64,000 nucleotides of DNA, from contig OZ024764.1 of NCBI GenBank assembly GCA_964016885.1, forward strand, positions 24,056,001-24,120,000, in the 5' to 3' direction. This DNA comes from Eledone cirrhosa. Its lineage: Eukaryota. The first letter of the stretch is position 1. Each line of letters begins with the position of its first letter. The notes beneath the pieces are model-generated. The model did not search any database and was not told the DNA's origin. It saw only the letters and a program-made list of their open reading frames with translations. This document shows positions 38,521-51,452 of this stretch, in pieces. Position numbers and translations under genes: made by a program.

Positions 38521-38978
38521 TGATAAATTCCGACCTCACACACTTACACCTCTCCAAGACAATGTCACTGGACCGAGATCTTTGGCGCTACACAGTAATA
38601 CAGAAGACCCGCCTTACCTAAGTACAAAGTGAAACCTACTACAGTCAGTAGGCACCTCTAACAAGATACACCCCCGTCCCACTACCCCCACCCCATCCAC
38701 ACAACCCCTTTCAATGTAAAGTTATGTTGGTACCACAACATCCAGTCCGAAACAAATGAGGTCGTGTAGGTGTCACGACAAAAAAACACACAGTCCACGC
38801 TGTAATGTGGCCGTGTAGGTAACACGGTAAAAACCTCCCAGTCCACACTGTAAACGTGGTTGGTGTTAGGAAGGGCATCCAGCCGTAGAAAACCCGCCAA
38901 GTGGGAAAACTCCCGTCCAAACCCATGCAAGCGTGGAATATGGACGTTAAACGATGATGATGATGATGATGATGATGA
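38521..38978 (+). mobile_element. RTE LINE 3' fragment with (GAT)n tail
   Basis: Reverse complement of the RTE ORF end and 3' UTR. Confidence 0.9.
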
Positions 38979-38984
38979 TATATA

Positions 38985-39842
38985 CAGGGTGTGGACGATA
39001 TTTGTTCGCAATTTTCAACTGCTGATTTTATGCAAATATTTTTACTTCCGTTGTCACTCTTGTCTTCATAAAAACAGTGACTATATTTCTATTATTTATT
39101 TTCAGAATAATTGATTATGAATAATTTTGAACCTCCAAATTTGTGGAAGAGACAGAGTTCCTCTTGGAATCCGCGCCTGGAGGACAAATAAGGACCAGAA
39201 GATCAACTCCCAGAACAACAGGTGGCTTGCTGTCTCATCCAAAGACCTGCCCAGAGTCATGCAGACAAAGTTTCCAGCGACAACATTGGTCTTAGGTGTC
39301 ATCAGCAGTCAAGGTGACGTCAAGCCACCCCACTTCTTCCCTGAGGACCTCAAGCTGAACACCGATGGCTACATCCGCGTTCTGAGCGAGGTAGTAAAGC
39401 CCTGGATCGACCAGGTAGCTGCAGGTAGGCTGTACGTGTGGCAGCAAGACCCAAGCCTGGTTGTCAGAGAACTTCGTCGACCACACTTCACCTGACATCT
39501 GGCCTCCCAGCTCGCCTGACTGCAACCCCCTCGACTTCTTTGTGTGGGGCACAGTGGAACGAGACACCAACAGATCTAGCTGCAATAGGAAAGACGATCT
39601 GAAGGCCAGGATCACAAGTGCCTTTAGGGGCCTAAGTCGGGGGACAGTGACGAAGGCCTGTAACCGGTTCCGAGGCCGCCTTGAGGCCGTCATCAAAGCC
39701 AATGGCTGGTTTATCGAGTGAGATTGAAAGAACAAGTCATGAAGACAAACTGACCCAAGTTTGATAAATAAATCTTAAAAAATAAAACTACTGTGTTATT
39801 TTTTCCTAGACAGTAATCTTGCGAACAAATATCGTCCGCACC

Positions 39843-39845
<3 letters not shown>
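38985..39845 (+). mobile_element. Non-autonomous DD37D (maT) Tc1/mariner element with both 27-bp TIRs
   Basis: TA-cagggtgtggacgatatttgttcgcaa ... ttgcgaacaaatatcgtccgcaccctg-TA (1 mismatch); transposase remnant WPPSSPDCNPLDFFVWG...RLEAVIKANG; internal deletions and a frameshift. Confidence 0.92.
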
Positions 39846-39904
<59 letters not shown>

Positions 39905-39905
<1 letters not shown>

Positions 39906-40011
39906 TGCTTCTCAAAAATAATTTTGAGATAGAGTGCTTGTGATATTTGCTCTAATCAGATTAGAGCAAACATCACGTGCGCTCTATCTCAAAATTATTT
40001 TTGAAAAGCAT
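39905..40011. repeat. ~53-bp-arm hairpin palindrome centred at 39958
   Basis: atgcttctcaaaaataattttgagatagag...tctaatc-a-gattaga...ctctatctcaaaattatttttgaaaagcat. Confidence 0.85.
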
Positions 40012-40144
40012 TAGAAATGCGCAACCGGTAAAAACTTAAAACTAAAACTGAATACTAACCAATACTTATTACTAATTTATACTTATTCCTAATTAAACTA
40101 TTTTTCACTGGGAAAAATTCGTCAGCATTTTCTTTTCCTTTTTA

Positions 40145-40179
<35 letters not shown>

Positions 40180-40182
<3 letters not shown>

Positions 40183-42310
40183 TAAAAAAATAATGAATAA
40201 ATCTATCCTTAAAAACCTTGCATATAATATATCACTTAGAATTTCTAACCTTTCGTCTAACCAAGATGTATTTGATAAAAATGCGACCTTCTATAACGAA
40301 GCTCTAGATAGAAGTGGCCATAAAAATAGATTGGAATATATACCTTCTACTAATAACACTATAAACATACAACCTAATATTACCAACAAACACCAAATGA
40401 AAAGTACACACCTAAATGCCACTCACACTATACCCCAAAATACCAACATAAAACCAAATTTCACTAACTCCTCTAATATAAAGTATAGTAACTCTCAAAA
40501 AACTACTCATCATACAACTCTAATAAATGTTAATAATAAAACTCCTAATAAACAAGCTAAAACACCTAAATCAATAAATCTAACTAAAAATGTGTGTGGA
40601 GAGGTCATTAACATTAATCCTCCTAGTAAACATCAGGATGCATCCTATAAAAACAATAAACAACATAGAAACCGTAATAGAAGAGTTACTTGGTATAATG
40701 CTCCATTTAATTTACAAATTAAGGATAATATACCTAAAAAAATTTTTAATATCCTAAAGAAAAACTTCCCGCCAAACCACAAATACCATCAAATCTTAAA
40801 TAGATCAACAGTTAAATTCTCATACTCAACAACCAAAAACATAAAACAAAATATAAGTGCCTATAATGCATATAAATGTAAAAAAACCATAAGTATACCA
40901 CCAATACATCAAACTAACCATAATATCTCCTCAAATACAGAATTAATGAAAGGTTGTAACTGTAGAAACAAAGCAAACTGCCCATTAAAAGGAAATTGTC
41001 TTGTTAACAACATAGTTTATAAATGTAAAGTTAAAACTAAAGATTCTATTTGCTCATATATAGGAGCTACTTCTAACAATTTTAAGGTAAGGTTTAATAC
41101 CCACAAACATAGTTTTAAAAATGCCGCACTGGCTAATACATCTCTAGCAGAAAAAATTAATAGTTATAGAAATAAGAATATAGAATATGATATGACCTGG
41201 AGTGTGCTCAAAAGAGCCACCCCTTATCAAAATAATAGAAATGAATGTAGATTGTGTTCCCAAGAACTATTTGAAATAATGAATATCCTAAGGATATCCT
41301 ATTAAATAAGCGACAGGAATTAATTATATCGTGTAATCATAAACTGAGAAAAACATTTAAATATTATAAACCTAATTAATAATATATATTTTAGAAATTA
41401 ATATATAAATTAATTTTAATGTAGTTAACCTATAATTTTAATTTAATTAAAATTCTACTACAGATGAAATTAAAAAATATCGTATAATCATAAACTGTGA
41501 AAAACATTTAAATATTATTAACATAATTAATATATATTTTGGAAATTAATATATAGATTAATTTTAGTTTATTTAACCTTTTATTAAAATTCTTTTACAG
41601 ATGAATTACAACAAAATATTGTGTAATTAATAACGGAGAAATACTTTTTAATATTATAAACCTAATTAATATACAATTTAGAAATTAATATATAAATTAA
41701 TTTTAATTTAGTTAACCTATAATTTTAATTTAGTTAGCTTATAATTAAAATTCTAATAAAGATGGATTGCAGAATATCGTGTAATCACAAACTGAGAAAA
41801 ACTTTTAAATATATACCTAATTAATATACTCTTTACAAATTAATATATAGATTAATTTAAATTTAGTTAACCTATAATTAAAATTCTACTATAGATAAAA
41901 TACAAAATTTTGCTTTAATTATTATAAACCTAATTAACATATACTATAGAAATTAATATATAATTTTTAATTTAGTTAACCTATAATTAATATTCTACTA
42001 CCGATGAAATACTTAATTTGGCTTTCCCTATTACAAAATTCATTTCCTAAAATTGATACCATCATGTTAATATATGTAATTATTTTTAATTTAGTTATGC
42101 TATAATTAATACTCTACTACTGTTTAACTTCAAAATTCCGCTTTAAATATTATAAACCTAAGTAGTATACACCTTAGAAATTAATATATTAACTATTTTT
42201 ACTTTAATTAACCTATAATTAATATTCTACTTATATTAAAATACATAATTTAGCCTTCTTTCTTACAAATACCATTTCCTAAAACTGATACAACTATGTA
42301 AACACATATT
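40180..42310 (+). mobile_element. 5'-truncated Penelope-like element (RT thumb + linker + GIY-YIG) with tandem-repeat 3' region
   Basis: ORF 40193-41305: RISNLSSN...WYNAPF...KFSYS...CNCRNKANCPLKGNC...IVYKC...YIGAT...FKVRFNTH...CRLC; frameshift near the C-terminus; followed by ~150-bp degenerate repeats of the ORF end. Confidence 0.85.
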
Positions 42311-42517
42311 ATGATTTAACTGCAGATTAATATTCTATGTTCCTTGAAACCTATATATTTACTATTTCCCACTAATAATTTTAATCCCCCCCCCCCAATA
42401 ATTATTTGTATTTGTAAGCGTGGATGTATGTATGTGTATGTAAGTATGTATGTATGTTTGTGTGTTTGTATGTGAGTATAAAAATACATATGTGCGCATG
42501 TAAATGTGTGTGTATGA

Positions 42518-42584
<67 letters not shown>

Positions 42585-42705
42585 GGAGGTGAGTTTTATT
42601 GTAGTACAATAAAGCAATGCAGATATCGGATAAGAAGCACTCTACAGTTTGTGGGACTGGAGTATGCATAATATAAGATCAAAAGATGGTTAAAGGAGTT
42701 CAATA

Positions 42706-42776
42706 TATTTTATTATGCGCATTTCAAAAACAAACATCATCAAACAATAATATTTGTGTTTTCATCAGATAAAACA
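42706..42776 (-). ncRNA. Hammerhead ribozyme at the 3' end of the Penelope left arm
   Basis: Reverse complement of 49006-49076. Confidence 0.85.
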
Positions 42777-43796
42777 GGAGAACATGATATGAAGGCTAAA
42801 AAAAAAAAACACTTGTTGATAGTGCAGTTTTAAATCAACATATGAAAAGTGGTTTTAGATTGATGTGTGATATTGGGAAAAATATTTTATTTAGAGAGGG
42901 GGGGAGAGAAAAGGATGAAAAGGGAAGGAGATGAGAGGGAGAGATGGGTGATAGAGAGAAAGAGATAGTTTTTATAACAGAGAGGAGATATATTTTATAT
43001 AGAGGGGTTGAAAACCGTTGGAAGATACTGTATAAATTAAAAATTTTGAAAATTAACGAAGGGAGGATATGTGCGAGGAAAAAATATATTATATTTATAT
43101 TTAGGGAGGGGTGGGGGTGGAAAGGATGAAAAAAAGGGGAGGAGATGAGAGTGAAGGTGGAAAGGGAGAGATGGGTGATAGAGAGAAAGAGATAGTTTTT
43201 ATAACTGAGAAAAAGATATAATGTTTTAATATAGAGAGGTTGGGAACCGTTGGAAGATAATGTATAAATTAAAGGAATTTGAAAATTAACGAAGGGAAAT
43301 TATGTATGGAGATAGAGAGAAAAAAATAACGAAGGGAGATTATGTATGGAGATAGAGAGAAAAAAATAATAATTGTGGGTGAATATTCAAAAGGAGAAAT
43401 GTAGGAATCTTAAAATTAGCAAAGAGAAAATGTTTATGTATAGGATTTGAGAAAAATTTATATTGAATTCATATGTATTAATAATGAGTTCGTTGATGGG
43501 GAGAAAAAAATAATAATAATAAATTAAGGATGAAATTGAGATTAAAAAGATTTATGATAGAGAGAAAAAATAATAATGATTGCGGATGAATACTCAAAAT
43601 GTCAAAAACAAATGTTATTGTTTTACGAAGAGATATAATGAGGGTGATGAGTAAACGGGTATTATAGAGTGTATAATGCCCTTTAAAGTAAGGTAGATGG
43701 GTATATTTTAAAGAATATATGAGTATATATTAAAAAAAATATATATAATAATAAATTAAGGATGAAATTGAGATTAAAAAGATTTATGATAGAGGG

Positions 43797-43827
<31 letters not shown>

Positions 43828-44024
43828 ATAATGATTGCGGATGAATATTCAAAATGTCAAAAACAAATGTTATTGTTTTACGAGAAGATAGGATGAGGTA
43901 AATGAATAAACGAGTACTATAGAGTGTATAATGCCCTTTAAAGTAAGGTAGATGGGTATATTTTAAAGAGGTGTATGTATATGTGGCTTTGAGAAAAGAT
44001 TCTAAATTGATAAAGAATTGAATA

Positions 44025-45908
44025 TTAACTGTATACTTTGTGAAAAGTTCTATGGAATTTATGAAGGCAGATGGAAAACAAATCCGAGCGTCTATTTATT
44101 ATGGATTCTAGGTTAGAGATAATGGTAAATTTTTCATTTAGGCAGAGATTACAGATTTTAGATAGAGAACTGTTCAAGTACGAGGATGCAGAAGAAATCT
44201 TTTTCCAAAAGATGTTATATTTAATGTTTTTGTCTTTTAAGGACCATATGAGTTCTGAGAGAGCAGTGTTAGTTCTTTTAAGTTTGTATTTGAAAGATGA
44301 ATGATGATTATAGAGACGAGCTTTAAAAGAGGTGGAAGTGGAGCCAAAATAGGTGAAGGAGTTGGTGCTAGTTATAATTTTACATTCATAAATTAAGTTT
44401 TTATCGAGGCAATGGTTGTTGAGAGGACATTTATTTTTAATGCGGCAGTTGCAATTAGAGAGATTATTAATGAGTGATCTAGTGTTATCTATAGAAGGAA
44501 TTGGATTGGAGAAGTTGTTTGCGATAGGAATAATAGGAATAATAGTTTCTTGATTTAGAGTTGGATTATGAACATTTAGCGAAGTTGTGTTTGACGTTGC
44601 ATTTGGGTTTACAGAAGTTAGCCTAGGGTTTACAATGACGTCAGGAGTACTATTATTGTTATTATGAGATTCAATATTGGAAGGAAGAGATTTAGTATTT
44701 AATATTTTGTTGTTGTGTTTAGAAATGATGTTGGAAATATTGGAGGATGTAGAATACGAAAATTTAATGGTGTGTTTGTTAAATATTTTACTATAGATAT
44801 GTGAGGGAGGGAAGCATTTATTTAAGGCACTAAAAAATAATTTAGGAATATTGTTATTAATAGAGATGGAGAAAGGAGCATTATACCAGATTATGTTTTT
44901 GTATCTAGGTCTTTTATTAAAATTATTGGAATGGTTATGATTAAATATTCTACTGTAAGTTTTCCTAGAATTTGTTTCTTTATTATATTTGATTTTATCT
45001 GGATAGCCAGCTTTAGAAAGTGCGTTATTATAGTAATTGGCGTTAGCATCAAAGATGTTTTTATTAGAAGATATGTTAGATATTCTATTTCCAATATTAT
45101 TAACTATAGCATTCTTGATATTGGTAGGATGGTTAGATTTAAAGTTAACATAATTAAGATTCTCATTGTTTTTATGGTAAGGGTAATATAGGCCAGTGTC
45201 AAGATTAAGAGATACATCCAAGAAATTAGCTAGTTTGGTACTATTATCAAATTCAATTTTTAGGTTATGTTGGTTAAAGAGATTACGTATATTGTTCTTA
45301 ATAATATTAAGTTTAACTATATTGCAATTTAGGATAGTAAAGAGTCCATCGTCACGATAAATTCCACCGCGAAGTTGAGGAATTTTCCGACTCAAAGAGT
45401 TCAAAATGAAGATACCAATTAAATCAGTCAATTGGGATGAATCGGATGCTCCCATTGTGATGTCGAAGTTGTTAGAGGTATCGGCTCTGGTCCAATATTC
45501 GTTGTTGAACTCTAGGATGGTTTTACGTGCGGTGAGGATGATGTGAAGTTCATCTGTGGTGATGTCAGAATATTTAAGTGCGAAAGATAGAGCATTATTG
45601 AGAAGTGAAGGCGAAATGGAGGAATAGTAGCTGGCAATATCGAATTGAATAAATTTTAGTTTGTTTTTATTATCCAATTTGTTGAACCAGCCAATCACTT
45701 CAGAAGTACCAAACCATAAATTTAGGTTTAAAGAAGAGCAATTAGAACTAACCTGTGGGATAATCCTATCCAAGATGGCTTTACTAACAACCCCCAGATC
45801 AGATTTAGAGGGGGCGATTAATCTAACAGGTAGTTCAGTGCGAAAATTGTTTTTGTGATCCTTGAGATTTATCCTCGGAGTTCTTGGGAGGAATGGTTCG
45901 GTCAATGT
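44025..45908 (-). CDS. Penelope-like RT + GIY-YIG ORF (5'-truncated), left arm
   Basis: LKDHK, RLIAP.KSDLG, FIQFDIASYY, ITMGA, IYRDDG, NFLDV, SNHP, CNCRIKNKCPLNNHC, LIYEC...YFGST...FKAR, CNLCLNEK; no ATG start. Confidence 0.88.
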   Translation of the reverse strand, partial: TLTEPFLPRTPRINLKDHKNNFRTELPVRLIAPSKSDLGVVSKAILDRIIPQVSSNCSSLNLNLWFGTSEVIGWFNKLDNKNKLKFIQFDIASYYSSISPSLLNNALSFALKYSDITTDELHIILTARKTILEFNNEYWTRADTSNNFDITMGASDSSQLTDLIGIFILNSLSRKIPQLRGGIYRDDGLFTILNCNIVKLNIIKNNIRNLFNQHNLKIEFDNSTKLANFLDVSLNLDTGLYYPYHKNNENLNYVNFKSNHPTNIKNAIVNNIGNRISNISSNKNIFDANANYYNNALSKAGYPDKIKYNKETNSRKTYSRIFNHNHSNNFNKRPRYKNIIWYNAPFSISINNNIPKLFFSALNKCFPPSHIYSKIFNKHTIKFSYSTSSNISNIISKHNNKILNTKSLPSNIESHNNNNSTPDVIVNPRLTSVNPNATSNTTSLNVHNPTLNQETIIPIIPIANNFSNPIPSIDNTRSLINNLSNCNCRIKNKCPLNNHCLDKNLIYECKIITSTNSFTYFGSTSTSFKARLYNHHSSFKYKLKRTNTALSELIWSLKDKNIKYNIFWKKISSASSYLNSSLSKICNLCLNEKFTIISNLESIINRRSDLFSICLHKFHRTFHKVYS

Positions 45909-47763
45909 TCCGAGGATAAATCTCAAGGATCACAAAAACAATTTTCGCACTGAACTACCTGTTAGATTAATCGCCCCCTCTAAATCTGATCTGGGGGTTG
46001 TTAGTAAAGCCATCTTGGATAGGATTATCCCACAGGTTAGTTCTAATTGCTCTTCTTTAAACCTAAATTTATGGTTTGGTACTTCTGAAGTGATTGGCTG
46101 GTTCAACAAATTGGATAATAAAAACAAACTAAAATTTATTCAATTCGATATTGCCAGCTACTATTCCTCCATTTCGCCTTCACTTCTCAATAATGCTCTA
46201 TCTTTCGCACTTAAATATTCTGACATCACCACAGATGAACTTCACATCATCCTCACCGCACGTAAAACCATCCTAGAGTTCAACAACGAATATTGGACCA
46301 GAGCCGATACCTCTAACAACTTCGACATCACAATGGGAGCATCCGATTCATCCCAATTGACTGATTTAATTGGTATCTTCATTTTGAACTCTTTGAGTCG
46401 GAAAATTCCTCAACTTCGCGGTGGAATTTATCGTGACGATGGACTCTTTACTATCCTAAATTGCAATATAGTTAAACTTAATATTATTAAGAACAATATA
46501 CGTAATCTCTTTAACCAACATAACCTAAAAATTGAATTTGATAATAGTACCAAACTAGCTAATTTCTTGGATGTATCTCTTAATCTTGACACTGGCCTAT
46601 ATTACCCTTACCATAAAAACAATGAGAATCTTAATTATGTTAACTTTAAATCTAACCATCCTACCAATATCAAGAATGCTATAGTTAATAATATTGGAAA
46701 TAGAATATCTAACATATCTTCTAATAAAAACATCTTTGATGCTAACGCCAATTACTATAATAACGCACTTTCTAAAGCTGGCTATCCAGATAAAATCAAA
46801 TATAATAAAGAAACAAATTCTAGGAAAACTTACAGTAGAATATTTAATCATAACCATTCCAATAATTTTAATAAAAGACCTAGATACAAAAACATAATCT
46901 GGTATAATGCTCCTTTCTCCATCTCTATTAATAACAATATTCCTAAATTATTTTTTAGTGCCTTAAATAAATGCTTCCCTCCCTCACATATCTATAGTAA
47001 AATATTTAACAAACACACCATTAAATTTTCGTATTCTACATCCTCCAATATTTCCAACATCATTTCTAAACACAACAACAAAATATTAAATACTAAATCT
47101 CTTCCTTCCAATATTGAATCTCATAATAACAATAATAGTACTCCTGACGTCATTGTAAACCCTAGGCTAACTTCTGTAAACCCAAATGCAACGTCAAACA
47201 CAACTTCGCTAAATGTTCATAATCCAACTCTAAATCAAGAAACTATTATTCCTATTATTCCTATCGCAAACAACTTCTCCAATCCAATTCCTTCTATAGA
47301 TAACACTAGATCACTCATTAATAATCTCTCTAATTGCAACTGCCGCATTAAAAATAAATGTCCTCTCAACAACCATTGCCTCGATAAAAACTTAATTTAT
47401 GAATGTAAAATTATAACTAGCACCAACTCCTTCACCTATTTTGGCTCCACTTCCACCTCTTTTAAAGCTCGTCTCTATAATCATCATTCATCTTTCAAAT
47501 ACAAACTTAAAAGAACTAACACTGCTCTCTCAGAACTCATATGGTCCTTAAAAGACAAAAACATTAAATATAACATCTTTTGGAAAAAGATTTCTTCTGC
47601 ATCCTCGTACTTGAACAGTTCTCTATCTAAAATCTGTAATCTCTGCCTAAATGAAAAATTTACCATTATCTCTAACCTAGAATCCATAATAAATAGACGC
47701 TCGGATTTGTTTTCCATCTGCCTTCATAAATTCCATAGAACTTTTCACAAAGTATACAGTTAA
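45909..47763 (+). CDS. Penelope-like RT + GIY-YIG ORF (5'-truncated), right arm
   Basis: Mirror copy of the left arm, same motifs, uninterrupted. Confidence 0.88.
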
Positions 47764-49005
47764 TATTCAATTCTTTATCAATTTAGAATCTTTTCTCAAA
47801 GGCACATATACATACACCTCTTTAAAATATACCCATCTACCTTACTTTAAAGGGCATTATACACTCTATAGTACTCGTTTATTCATTTACCTCATCCTAT
47901 CTTCTCGTAAAACAATAACATTTGTTTTTGACATTTTGAATATTCATCCGCAATCATTATTATTTTTTTTTTTTTTTTTTTTTTTTTTTTCCCTCTATCA
48001 TAAATCTTTTTAATCTCAATTTCATCCTTAATTTATTATTATATATATTTTTTTTAATATATACTCATATATTCTTTAAAATATACCCATCTACCTTACT
48101 TTAAAGGGCATTATACACTCTATAATACCCGTTTACTCATCACCCTCATTATATCTCTTCGTAAAACAATAACATTTGTTTTTGACATTTTGAGTATTCA
48201 TCCGCAATCATTATTATTTTTTCTCTCTATCATAAATCTTTTTAATCTCAATTTCATCCTTAATTTATTATTATTATTTTTTTTCTCCCCATCAACGAAC
48301 TCATTATTAATACATATGAATTCAATATAAATTTTTCTCAAATCCTATACATAAACATTTTCTCTTTGCTAATTTTAAGATTCCTACATTTCTCCTTTTG
48401 AATATTCACCCACAATTATTATTTTTTTCTCTCTATCTCCATACATAATCTCCCTTCGTTATTTTTTTCTCTCTATCTCCATACATAATTTCCCTTCGTT
48501 AATTTTCAAATTCCTTTAATTTATACATTATCTTCCAACGGTTCCCAACCTCTCTATATTAAAACATTATATCTTTTTCTCAGTTATAAAAACTATCTCT
48601 TTCTCTCTATCACCCATCTCTCCCTTTCCACCTTCACTCTCATCTCCTCCCCTTTTTTTCATCCTTTCCACCCCCACCCCTCCCTAAATATAATATATTT
48701 TTTCCTCGCACATATCCTCCCTTCGTTAATTTTCAAAATTTTTAATTTATACAGTATCTTCCAACGGTTTTCAACCCCTCTATATAAAATATATCTCCTC
48801 TCTGTTATAAAAACTATCTCTTTCTCTCTATCACCCATCTCTCCCTCTCATCTCCTTCCCTTTTCATCCTTTTCTCTCCCCCCCTCTCTAAATAAAATAT
48901 TTTTCCCAATATCACACATCAATCTAAAACCACTTTTCATATGTTGATTTAAAACTGCACTATCAACAAGTGTTTTTTTTTTTTAGCCTTCATATCATGT
49001 TCTCC

Positions 49006-49076
49006 TGTTTTATCTGATGAAAACACAAATATTATTGTTTGATGATGTTTGTTTTTGAAATGCGCATAATAAAATA
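49006..49076 (+). ncRNA. Hammerhead ribozyme at the 3' end of the Penelope right arm
   Basis: tgttttat-CTGATGA-aaacacaaatattatt gttt gatgatgtttgttttt-GAAA-tgcgca-TA-ataaaata; palindromic ATGCGCAT stem III. Confidence 0.85.
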
Positions 49077-49106
49077 TATTGAACTCCTTTAACCATCTTT
49101 TGATCT

Positions 49107-49174
<68 letters not shown>

Positions 49175-49427
49175 GTGTATGTATATATGTGTATGTATAT
49201 GTATTTGTAGAGATGTGTGTATGTATGTGTATATATGTGCATATGTGTCTGACTGTGTGTATTTAAATATATATATATATATATATATATGTGTATGTAT
49301 GTCTCTATATATATGTATGTCTGAGTGTGTGTGTGTGTGTGTGTGGTTGTGTATATATACATGGGTATGTGTGTGTCTATGTATATATATATATATATGT
49401 GTGTGTGTGTATATATATGTATATATG

Positions 49428-49509
<82 letters not shown>

Positions 49510-50038
49510 TGTATTTATATGTATGGGTATATGTTTTACTTAATTTTATGTATATGCATACAAACAGGTTAATATGCGTGAGGTTAAGTATGTGTATGTG
49601 TGTACGTATGTATCGAACGTATGGATGTGTAAATGTGCGTATGTATATAAGCATGTATATTTTATGTCTCTCTTTTGTTTTTTTATATTTCTTTTGTGAG
49701 ACATTCACGTCTGTGTATGTACGTACCCCCCCCCCTATTTTTGTTCCCCCGTTTTTGAGTTTTTTCTTTCTATAAAATTTTTTTTTTTTTTTTTTATTTC
49801 TAGCTTTATGGATACATTTTTATAAATATGTCGAGTTTGACACTTTCCTTTAATTACTTACTCCCTTACCTCCTTTACTTCTGCATCTAAATGTAAGTGT
49901 GTGTGGGCGTGTTTATGTGAGCGCTTCAATATCCATATAGTTATAATAATAATATATACGTATGTGTGTGTAGTGTGTGTGTATGTATGTGTATGTATAT
50001 GTATGTGTATGTGTATGCATGTATGTATATGTGTGTAT

Positions 50039-50074
<36 letters not shown>

Positions 50075-50328
50075 CTATATTCTGTCTGTAGATTGTAAGC
50101 ATACAGATACATTAGCCCTAAATTTTTATATTTACATACACTTTTTCGACATGCGTATGCATATGAACATACATTTTTATGCATATCTGTGAACGGATTT
50201 ACATACATATATACACACACCTAACTGTATTTTCTTGATGAAATTTTATGTATTTCATTGGTCTATTTAAAATCTGTTCCCAAACAGACCTGTAATTTTG
50301 AATTGTTGTTATTATCAATAAATATGCA

Positions 50329-50469
50329 TCATTATTTCTGAAGACAGCCTATATATGTGATGGTATGTATATTATCTTTGATAGTTTGTATAATTTTGTA
50401 CATAGATCTTTTGAATATGCATACCAATTCTAACACATATATGTCCTAGAAACGATCGTAAAATAATGA
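50329..50469 (+). ncRNA. Hammerhead-like motif with ~100-nt extended stem II
   Basis: tcattattt-CTGAAGA-...-GAAACGATCGTA-aaataatga; 9-bp stem I; palindromic ACGATCGT stem III; base of stem II mismatched. Confidence 0.55.
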
Positions 50470-50661
50470 ACTTTTTTTGTTTAATATAAGGAACTGTTTC
50501 TTTGTTTATTCATTATTTTTTTCATATTTTATCTTGACTCTGTATTCCGTTTATCTTTCACCGAAAGTGATTTTTGAATGCATCTCTTCTTTTCATGATA
50601 TCCGGATTACATTGAGTTCTTCATACGGATTGGACACTACCGTAAACTTTTGGTAGATTTA

Positions 50662-50700
<39 letters not shown>

Positions 50701-50776
50701 CGAAGGAAATGTGGTAAGGAACCAGGTGGACCATAACGCACCAAAGTACTCAATACTTACGGTAGTAGAGTGGGTA

Positions 50777-50887
50777 ATAGGAACAACTAAGACCCCGACG
50801 GCTGAGCTCAAGCCGTTTCGACGGCTAATTCTGTATAGAATTAGCCGTCGAAACGGCTTGAGCTCAGCCGTCGGGGTCTTACTTGTT

Positions 50888-50892
<5 letters not shown>
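50777..50892. repeat. 116-nt hairpin palindrome containing a hammerhead 3' half (GAAAC-ggc...gcc-GTC)
   Basis: 58-bp arms; same family as 55287-55450. Confidence 0.88.
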
Positions 50893-50932
<40 letters not shown>

Positions 50933-51019
50933 ATATACACATATTCATATCTATATATATATATATATTCATCATCATCATCATTTTACGTCCGCTTTTC
51001 CCTGCTTGTATATATATAT

Positions 51020-51103
51020 TGTTGGCAGGTGAACAGTGAGCTGTACTGATGAAGGGTGATACCCAGAAACATTAGTGTCTGCAGTTCTGTTCACATGCCA
51101 ACA
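51020..51103 (+). ncRNA. Hammerhead motif with long (~22-bp) stem I
   Basis: tgttggcaggtgaacagtgagctgta-CTGATGA-a gggt gat accc a-GAAACATTAGTGTC-tgcagttctgttcacatgccaaca. Confidence 0.65.
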
Positions 51104-51216
51104 CAAGAGCAAGAATGAAGGGTCCATTGTACTGACATGGTTTTAAAAATGAGGCTTGTTTGCATAATTGCAAATGAATCAAATGTTTTTATTAATATTC
51201 AAAAACCTCAGATTAC

Positions 51217-51282
<66 letters not shown>

Positions 51283-51452
51283 ATATATTCGGCTCCGTTA
51301 ATTTGTTGAACTATTTCAAATGTCGAATAAACCTGGCTGCTATTTTTAGTGGTGTAAGTTTGTGAGACACACTAAGATACCATGTGCATTGTTATATATA
51401 GCACACTATTCAGTGTCTTAATATACTTAGAAGTGTCTAGGATACTAATTCT

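Larger units (their letters stand above)
42668..49114. mobile_element. 6.45-kb palindrome of two divergent 5'-truncated Penelope-like copies (29-nt spacer 45880-45908)
   Basis: ORFs 44025-45926(-) and 45862-47763(+) are identical beyond the spacer; the 3' UTRs mirror each other out to ataatataagatc/gatcttatattat. Confidence 0.95.

Noticed and set aside
45862-45926. Start codons and N-termini (MRFILG...) of the two 633-aa ORFs
   Set aside because: Non-ATG starts read through the opposite palindrome arm; the elements are 5'-truncated
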